Part shown: positions 50,471 through 64,000 of the stretch, one piece after another
Layout: the number at the start of each line of letters is the position of its first letter
How positions within the stretch are numbered: the stretch's first letter is position 1
DNA from: Lingula anatina
Lineage: Eukaryota; Animalia; Brachiopoda
Length of the DNA: 64,000 nucleotides
Direction of reading: 5' to 3'
Assembly (NCBI GenBank): GCA_051362555.1
Contig: CM120648.1
Span: forward strand, 1,217,721-1,281,720
The notes under the pieces: model-generated
What the model was told of the DNA's origin: nothing
What the model saw: the letters and a program-made list of their open reading frames with translations, nothing else
Databases searched by the model: none
Position numbers and translations under genes: made by a program

Positions 50471-53290
50471 AGGTCAGCCACTATGTGACCCAGAAATGGA
50501 CACATCATCACCGCTAGATGTCACCGGTGGCAGGGTATCTTTTTGAGGAGTAAACCATCCTGTGACCCTTTCTGAACTTGTGAACACATGTGGTTGTTGT
50601 ACGAATGATTTTTAAAGCTGAAGTAGAAGCAATATTTCACCATTCTGTGTGTAATAATATCCCGTTTATGGTCACATTATACGCCCCAAGTGGCACCCCT
50701 TTTTGTTTTTGAAATAGAAAAAAAGAATTAAAACTGCAACAATTTTGTTTTCATAAAATTTAACAATAATTAGGATTACTTAATTTTAGTTATTCAAAAA
50801 GCTATTTGCATAGGGGCTGGGAGTTGAATGCCACAAAAGACTACATTTTAAAACTTTTTCTAGATCATCTAGATCAAGAGATTTATGTGAACATTTTAAC
50901 TCCAAGCAGCTTGATAAAGTAGTGTTGTTTATTCAACATGCATCTACTGTACAAAAGCAATAATTTTTCAATTTCAAATAGTGAAAGAACACAAAAAAGT
51001 GATGTTGTCTGAATGTGTTTTTACTCCCCTTAATTCAGTTTCTTCTGAGCAAAAGCTGTCTTTATCTTTCTGATTTTATACTGTATTGTGAAAAAGATGT
51101 TCTAAGTATCATTTAATATTCCTATAACTAAAGAAAAGGTACAAAAAATTATCAAAATAAATTTTGATAATAACATGCATCATCATATATGTAAATTGCA
51201 CTTCCTGGGAAAAAATCAGCAGATTGTCAAGACATAATAAAAACCACAATATTAATGTACAGTAGAGTATCAGTGTCTAAGTCTTTTTCTATTAAAACTG
51301 ACAGACTGATAATATCTATGTTCAAGGGGAAAATATAAAACATAAAAGGCCCATTTTACATATATGCTTATTAAAGGGGGAATTTACTCAACAATACACG
51401 TAATAAGTGAAATCAAAACATCTGCATAACAAAAACAAGAATTACCCCATCATATCAGTTAAATAATACCTAATTATCACATAAATACTTTGTATCAAAA
51501 ACATCTCTGATAGTCACTTTACATCAGCCATAATTGGAATGCTAATATCATGTGAATCTACATCATGGGTTTCTTAAAATGAGAGATCTCCAAACTAAGG
51601 GTACTATATAATTATTATCAAATGGGGAGGAAGGGGGAGGGTCCTCCCATACCATCACATACAGCTGTGCTAAGAGAATTGAGCAGATAATGTGATCTAT
51701 ATGTACCTTCTCTAAACCTGATCTCTAAAAAAATGTCTCTATATAAATACAATTCAATGTGTGTATAAATATATATATACTAGTATATTGCTATCCCTGG
51801 CCATTAAAAGTGTGCCTCAGCCTGGTACAAAAAGATATATATACATGTGCGCATATCGTACAGTGATCTTAATTCACTGTAGTAATTAACCCAATTATAA
51901 TCTTTATTCCTGAGCACATTCACCATTCCCCCTATTTTATTTTTCTAAAATACACCAGTTTGTCTTGGATGAAAAACAAAAATAAGTAAACCAAAGACAT
52001 GAAATAATACTTCTGAAGATATTTTTCAAAAAGTTTCAAAGGTACTGAACATGTGCAGGCTTTTACTAAAGCAACTCTGTCCAAAAAAAATCAGCAGTTA
52101 TCAAAAACTATTTAAAAGTCATATAAGACACCATGTCATCTTAAGGCTTGTCTTCATTAAAGATATGTCCATCCATCCGGGTACATCACTATGGCTTATT
52201 GATTATAATAAGTAAAGATCATGGCTGATGGCATATTATTCTCTTTTTTTCTCCTGCATTCCCAATCCACCATACCCGTAACCCATCTAGTTCAACTAAT
52301 TTTGTAGAGATAGAAACATGCAGTAACATGTTAGCTTTGGGGAGCTCAACTTAATATCAGAGGGGTCACAAAGGAAGATCAACCTAACTTCAGGGTAAGT
52401 GGAACTTGGATTTTTTTTATATCTAATGCAACCAAATGATTATCATCACTTAAAAACAGTCACTCTTAAGGCCTTACATACTGGCCATATTATATATCTT
52501 ATCAAAATACACTAATCTAGCTGACAGTGTGTAAAAAATACATTTGTATTATCATGAACATACTAATAAAAGGCAAACCAACTTCAATATAATATGATTG
52601 AAGTGTAAATAAAGTTACAGAAAATATATATTTGAATTGGCTTTGCATTCAGTCTTGAATGCAGATTTTCTGTACATTATATTATCCTTTTTTAATAATC
52701 TAGTATTCTTGAGCTGTTTGGATTAACAAACATTCAACCATGATTTCTACAACCACATAAAAAATTAAACTTTAGCTGTGAACAATGCCGTGAATAGTGT
52801 GTGTGTGTGTGTGTGTGTGTTGGGGGGGGGGGGGTCTTAAATCATCCAATTTCTCTTTTGAATAACCAGGCGCATACCCATCTCATAAATCACCCAACCT
52901 CTTTTGAGCCACAGGAGCAATACGAAATAGAATTTAAAAAAATCTAAAAATCAAAATGCACAGAGAACTGTTTGGGTTTGTGCGCTAAGAAAATTGTACA
53001 TGGCATTGGAAAAACTCATTGCTTGTTGTCCTTACACGTTTTTCTTCTTTTCCAGCAAAAAATAACACCTACGTAGTGGTCCATTTAATTAACCAAGTTA
53101 TAAATTAAAAATTCTTACAAAATGCTTCATAAGTTTATCATCAATTTCACCAACTACAGTATATATTATTAGACAGCTTATCACAAATCTGCTATAGTTA
53201 ACTTATCAGGCTTAAACAATAATCCTGCAAAAAATATTCAGCTATTATGAGAAAAATTTATAAATCCATGTTTTTGAATCTAACAGGCTT

Positions 53291-54318
53291 TCATGGCAGT
53301 TGTAGCAGGTCATTTTCTTTGTATATTTCTTGTACTACGTCATATATTGGTTCAGCTTCTTCGGTGACTTCGCTAAGTAGTCTCAACACCTCTTTGTACT
53401 CATGCTTGCACATCATTTCGATCAAATCTTTGTGACTCGGCAACGTGTACATCACAAATACCGCCATCTTTTGGACCAGCCATGGATGATAATTTGCCAA
53501 GGTTTCTCTATAAACCTCGGAGGCTATATGGGAAGTTTTCTCATCCTCGTCCGACTCTGCAAGGCGTTTCATAAACTTAATGATGAATTCTAATGCTCTG
53601 TGAAGCCTCAACAGTGTCCTTGACCCAGAAGGTCGTTGACCCCTGACCTTGACCTTTGTGATGTTGTTCTCCACTTCATATTGTATCATAGTTTGTACAG
53701 AACTGTATGGCTCTGGATTCAGAGACATATGATGCTCTAATATCTCGATCTTGTCTTGTAGATCATGTGCCACAAATGCAAATATTCTGCCAATCAGCTT
53801 GAAAAACCTGAAAGTAATAAAATATAAATAAATATATGTGTCTTCTACATATAATGTCGGGAAGTGGTACGTGTTTGTAGCCCGAGTTGTATATTTAACC
53901 AGTGTTTGCACCTGGGTATTATAACTGTATGTAAAGGTCGAGATCAATAAACTTTATAAATTTCCTGTTTAAATTCGTTTAAAATATTTAACCGATTAGA
54001 TCTGTTTCATCTACTAATCGCATGTTTATTCGCCTTTTGTGTTAATTATTTACGTTTTGTTGCGGTTTAATTAGCCGTCCCGTGATTTGTGATGTGTCAA
54101 CGTGACACTAACACCAGAACGCGCAGGCGGAAAGTCATACTACCGGTGACATAAATCTGTCACAAAAATTTAACTTCTTTTAACTTTAAGACCTACCTGC
54201 AGAGCTCGTGGTATGCTGTAAGGTATGACTTAAGAGATATTGTGTCATCGTCCTGTTTACAAGATTTGAGGGCTTCCAGTACAACTTCTAAGTCAAAGTC
54301 CTTCTTGTGCTCCGACAT
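53291..54318 (-). CDS. CPTP: Ceramide-1-phosphate transfer protein (GLTP-domain), 2 exons, ~212 aa
   Basis: Exons 54318-54197 and 53807-53291 (phase 2, GT-AG). Motifs FAFVAHDLQDKIEIL (DxxxK), SGSRTLLRLHRALEF (RxxxR phosphate-binding type rather than the GLTP Trp), and LANYHPW. Confidence 0.9.
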
Positions 54319-55037
54319 GTTTACTATTTTGATTGACCCTAAGGTTGCATAAGGCGCGCGTAAAGATGCAAAATGAATTTTCATTTTCATAATTCATATT
54401 TAATTTAAAAATAAAATAAGACAACATTACTGCAGAATATGACGAACTTAGGTGATGGACTAAGAATTTTTTTACTCAATATTATCTTTCAGGTTAATCA
54501 ACAATTAATATTATACAATATTGTTGGCTTTTTACGTGCGGTTAAGCAACACTTTTGCACCCTGAGAGTCTATATACTAGTATAAACTCTTGTACTGTAT
54601 TTTCATTGTTCCCATTTAGCGCTAGCATATTTGTCGGCTCGACATCGATTTGGAGCTTAAAATTAATTAAAATTTAAAATTATTGGTCATTACCAAAATC
54701 TAGTCATTTCTTCCTTGATCCATTTGTGACCTATCCTGAAAAAAGTAATTAGATAATTAATTAATGCATAATCGCCAAAATATTAATTATCATTTCTTCT
54801 TTGGCCCATTTCCCAGATATACAGTGCATTCAGCATCATCGCTGATGGATAGGACCAACACGGGCCACGGACTCCAACTATGTCGTCCCGCCATCGATTT
54901 TGAGCTTATATAGCAACAGTGTGGTTACATTAATTATAATTAAAGATTACTAGTCATTATCAGATATAATTAATTATTCTTGGCGGAGGTTGCACTCTTT
55001 CAGTACTTTTCAGTATGTGTAAAATTACATGTTCATG

Positions 55038-55068
<31 letters not shown>

Positions 55069-56750
55069 CTATTTTTCTTCTTTTTAGATTAAATTAAATC
55101 TCTTAACTTTCCGTGTCTTTTTTCCTTTTTTTTTCATGCTACTTTTTATTTAACAGTTATGCTGTCTCTGACATTCAACCAGTCTTTTTCATATAACAGC
55201 CGATATAAGATTCACTTTTGTTGAGAAATAAATATGCTGTAGTCACCCAACAGCAACAAAATCAGTTGATGTATACTCAGGGTGAAGCGACATGTATAAC
55301 GCGCGTATATTTTTTTCCTATATCCATATAGAATTACATGAATTTTCTGATAATTAAAATGAAATGTGGTTCATATTTTTGCTGCATATTACTAATTTTG
55401 AAAAGTATGCTATTAAAAAATTTGAAAAAAAAAATCAGATTTAAAGTTTATTTTACGCAGTCAGTTAAGATTAAAAATTTACTTGCGTTTAAGTATAGCT
55501 TTGTTTGTGTCATCTGAGGGAAAGTTGACTTGCACTTCAACCTCAGAAGTTGGGACCAAGGTTGGTTAACAATTTTTTTGATATCAAGTTTTATATTTTA
55601 AACATAAAACTTGCATTTTTAGTAATATTTTGCGAAATTCGGGTGGTAACAGAGTCTGAGACTTAAACTGGTGTTCATGGAACATGTAGGCCTTCAGTAT
55701 GTAACATGTTATTGTTATAAAACTAAAAGTTATTCAAGTTTTAATGACACCATGTCCAGACGTGAGAAATAAAACTACATATTCCTGGGAGGACCCACAG
55801 AAGTTTTCACCCAGTCTGCTGTGTCTGTTATCTTTTTCCGTTACCAATTTCAGAAATGAGTCAAAAGTTGCCCCATTTCATTTTCACCCGCTAAATAGTG
55901 CCTTAGGTACATGAAATTTGTTACATGACAAGTAACATGAACACTGTTTAAATTTTGATGCTCCCCAGAATTTCCCAACCAGAGTAATATTCAAGTGAAC
56001 TGTTCAAAGTAACAGAATTATGGGCCACAGATGCTTGCAATATGGGTAATATAAATTGATACAATGTATTTTCAAAGTGTATGCAATAGAACTGATAGCA
56101 TTGGTACAGTGCTGGCTTGTAGTGCTGGCTAAAAGCAATGGTCAGCCTAGAATGCAAGTTCAACAGTTTTGACAGTTTTGATAAAGTGACTTTAAAAGTC
56201 ACTTAATCACTGGTCCTAAAGGGCAAGCAGCCATTTTCAGGTGCCTCAGTCATTAATAAATAATACATCACCAATTTAGTTGTATAGATTAGAATAACAT
56301 TGTCCAAAGTTCATATCTGTTCTTCCATCATGTGACAGGGTATGTATGTAGCAAGTACAAATAAGCTGTTATGATTTGTCATGTTTACACTGACAAACAT
56401 GTCACAACTGTGTACATGTACGCACCAAGATCACATCAGTTCTTTGCCCCCCCCCCCCCCCCCAAAAAAAAAAAAAAAAAAAAAATTAGGACCTTGTATT
56501 ATGTACATGGTACACTTGTTTAGGCAATGCTGCAAATGAAAAGCAGATATAATTATGATGCATTAGATGCTTAAAATTTTGAATCAAATTAGACTGTTAC
56601 AAGCAGACCAGATTTGACCTATTGTTAATTTTATCCATTTATGTTGGCTGCTGATCAAACACCTGAACCAGTTCTAAGGTCGTTATAGGTCAACACACTT
56701 TGTACGTTGTCATATATGTACATCTTTACAGGTGCTTCCTAGCTGAAGAC

Positions 56751-60936
<4,186 letters not shown>

Positions 60937-61855
60937 TTTGCATATTGTGATACAAAAAGCAGGGGATCCAGGATTTTTTTTTTTTTTTGGGGGGGGGGGG
61001 GTGAAAGGGACAATGTTAAAAAAAAGATTTTTGCTCATTTTATAAATATTTTTTAATTGATAAGTGACAAAAACTATTTAACCATGATGTGCTGATCAGA
61101 GATGCAAAATTTTCTTGTTTTTTCTTTCTTTCTTTTCTTTTTTTGAATGTTTGTGTGTGCAGAGGGAGTGGGGAGATCACTGTGCCCCCCCCCTCCCCCC
61201 CAGATCAACATTGAAATACTAATACTGACAGTAATACAGAAGTGTTAGTGAATATCTGCACTGCAGTGCTATGATTTGATTACAACTGAAATAGTTCCAT
61301 AGCAAGGGTAAACATTTCTGACAACAAAATACATGACCAATCTGAGACAATTATATCGGATAACCAGAAACATTATAGTTAAAATAAAGAATATGGTGCT
61401 AAATTTATTGATTTTATTTATTTTTTGAGAGAAAAATGCTTTTTGGGATAATGCCCAGTACTTGGTGTCCTGTTAATGACTATATGCCCTGAAAAATAGC
61501 ACCAGTGATGCTACAATAAACTACTTCTTAAGTTTTAAGCACAACGACGCCTTTTCAGAACAATTTATTTCCATATTATTGTATATTTGATATATATTAA
61601 TTGGCTGAATAAAGCTTTATCTAATTTAAACTCACTAAATTTTGTGCTTCTTTACACCAGCTAGCACACGGAGAGTATTTATGGCGGTAGTCGGCGCAAT
61701 CTCCGTCTTCTTTGAACAATATTTTTAGATGTGTTCGCCAGCTTTTGCAAAAACCTCTTCAAACGAGTGGATGCCTTTGATGTTTACCTTTATGTTCGCT
61801 CGTGACTATTGGTTACATAAGCTTATATATTCATGAAGAAAATACGACCATTAAA

Positions 61856-62075
61856 TGAAGGTTTTGAAGCTCCAGCAGCATGTCTAGTCTCTTAGTTGTG
61901 TTTCTTTGTTGGGTTCTTCGTGTTTCTCGGTTTGGGGGATTGTGCGCAAGTTTTTTTAGTGTTAGAGGGGTCCACGTACACATAAAAAATAAGCGCATTT
62001 CTAATATTTATATCTTTGAAAAAATTGAGAAAGATATTTTCAACAGCTGAAATTAAGACAACCAAAAGACGATGC
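61856..62075 (+). pseudogene. Decayed remnant of a tandem paralogue of the SCP-like gene
   Basis: 61920-62070 aligns by eye with 62997-63150 (end of CDS, stop, start of 3' UTR), e.g. the shared GAGAAAGATATTTTCAACA..TGAAATTAA. Offset ~1.08 kb; indels disrupt the frame. Confidence 0.65.
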
Positions 62076-62224
62076 GGGTCAGATCACAAACAAACGCAAA
62101 ATGAGATTGCGTAAGCCCTAATCCCTTGACTAGTATTGAAATAGACCTACCGGAGGTATATATTCCAAAATGATGTGTGACTGGTTCTTAATATAAGCTC
62201 ATGTTGTTAACTGAGCCCTGCTAC

Positions 62225-63080
62225 ATGATGAGATTTCTAGTCGTGTTAGTTTTTGTTGGAGTCACCAGAGTCGGCTGTTTTTCAACAGTCAGGAACAATC
62301 TTGGAGCTCAAAATGTGGAAGAAAGGTCTGCGCAGTTCACAAAGGATGATAAGGTGAGAGAAACATCTCTTCAGTTGTAGTTCCACCAATACAGGAATTA
62401 AGAAAGTGGTGCCCCTGTGGAATAAAAAAAAAAAAGATATCAACACACCCAAATCCATTTACTACATCTTTTGTATGCAGTATTTGCCTATTTATTTTGA
62501 TATCCTACGTGAAGGCTACCATTACTCCAAGCGAACGTTGATTCAATAGTTCTTTGGTTGGTTTTCTTGTCAGGGTGACAAACGCCATTTTTACCGATAC
62601 CTTGACGTTAATCAAAATGGCATACTGGAAAGAAGAGAGTATATCGACTTGGTAATCCAGAGAGCAAAACGCCACTTAGACGCCGAGAGACAATCTGAAC
62701 TAGACGATATCATGAATGAAGCTTGGTTGGATTTCTTGTCCAACGAAGGAGATAACTATCCTGAGTCGGTCAAACTAAACCCGGGCGATACAGAAGAACA
62801 CCTTACACCTAGAAAACGTCGGCAACATAGAATTTTCATAAGAGCCCTTTTCTCTATTTTTGACTCTGGCGCAGACGAGAAGTTGGACAACCAAGAGCTG
62901 GTGCGTTTCTTTGAAGTTTTCCAAGTACCGGCGGCTAAACTTGGTCTGTCCTTTGACCACATTGACACAAACCAAAACGGCGCGATTGACAAGAGCGAGT
63001 TTCTTGAATTGGCGGATTATGCAAGTTTTCTGGGGTGTTGGAAGCAATCCGGGCTTTCAACGTGTAAACATAGAAAATAA
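62225..63080 (+). CDS. Secreted EF-hand protein of the sarcoplasmic calcium-binding protein (SCP)/calexcitin-like type, 2 exons, ~211 aa
   Basis: Exons 62225-62353 and 62574-63080 (phase 0). Hydrophobic N-terminus MMRFLVVLVFVGVTRVGC. EF loops DVNQNGILERRE, DSGADEKLDNQE, DTNQNGAIDKSE, with a degenerate second EF region as in invertebrate SCPs. Confidence 0.82.
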
Positions 63081-63464
63081 GTACATTTGCAAAGTTTGTA
63101 TCTCTGAAAAAAACGAGAAAGATATTTTCAACATTTGAAATTAAAATATCCAAACTATGAGGTTATAAAATGACGAGATATTGGATGCTTCGCCAGCTAG
63201 GTGGTTCAATTCACTATTACTGACATTAATTTCTACTAATTACTACTATCAAAGTCAGCTATTTTTCAACAACAGGTTATCACGGTATCATTTATTCAGA
63301 AATAAGGCAACCAGCACTCTCTAACCACAGACTGTCCATGTAACATAAAATCTCAATGGCAATCTTGTACTCAACTTAACTTGCTGTCTACTAGGGGTGT
63401 GTGGGAGTAGCACATTATTATCTACACGTAAATTATTTTCATGGAGACGCAGGCGTGTGTATGA

Positions 63465-63719
63465 GACCATTCCCAGACCCTATCGCACTAACTTTGGATC
63501 GAACTATCTCCAAGGGGATTCTCGATTAATTGCAATTAACTTAAGCGGCTTAGATGTCTGTCACGCCTACTGAAGCTAATAGGGGGCAATTAGCTATCAT
63601 TTAGCAGCTTTAGTAGGCGTCCCAGACATCTAAGCCACTTAAGCTGAAAGCAATTTAGCGAGAAACCCCGTGGAGATAGACTGATCCTGTTAGAACGATC
63701 TAGGTATGGGAAGCCAGTC
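63465..63719. mobile_element. MITE family A, palindromic copy
   Basis: GACCATTCCCAGA ... TATGGGAAGCCAGTC ends; arms GGCTTAGATGTCTGTCACGCCTACTGAAGCT / AGCTTTAGTAGGCGTCCCAGACATCTAAGCC. Confidence 0.78.
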
Positions 63720-64000
63720 TATCAACACGTATATAACGAAAAGTCATTGAAATGATTCTGTCACGCACGAATCCAGATAAATGCTTTGATTTTGGTTTTG
63801 GTCAGTAATAAAATGATTTTTTCTCTAGATAAACAGTTACGCGTATCTTGTCGTTCCCTACGCACAACTTAAGTCTTTTAGGTTGATAGTTTGAAATAAT
63901 AAGTGCCAAATTTTGAATCCTGAGAAGCCTTGATGTGAAATTCTATCATACATGGTGAGCCAGTCTTTAAATATTTAAAAGAAAAAGCAAAAGCTATTTG

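Overview
This is AT-rich, intron-rich animal genomic DNA, not prokaryotic. The gene and repeat content suggest a marine invertebrate, probably a lophotrochozoan (inference). I spliced six conventional genes by hand, each in frame from ATG to stop: an 18-exon M13 (ECE/neprilysin-like) metallopeptidase (+), DNAJC16 (+), vigilin/HDLBP (-), CPTP/GLTPD1 (-), an atypical papain-family cysteine protease (+), and a signal-peptide-bearing sarcoplasmic calcium-binding protein (SCP)-like EF-hand protein (+). Two tRNA-Thr(TGT) genes lie antisense in an M13 intron. Non-autonomous DNA transposons include a TTA-TSD Harbinger-like foldback family and a TTAA-TSD Kolobok-like family, alongside several mini- and microsatellites. 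The most interesting region is the 11.5-kb first intron of the M13 gene. It contains a phase-consistent, spliced antisense gene for an unrecognised 75-aa protein, a second antisense unit built from minimal introns, and a sense terminal-exon-like ORF. Other notable points are duplicated splice sites that would create poison isoforms, paired loss of a conserved disulfide plus a Cys-rich insertion in the protease, and a decayed tandem paralogue next to the SCP-like gene. All calls come from manual reading; no database searches were run.
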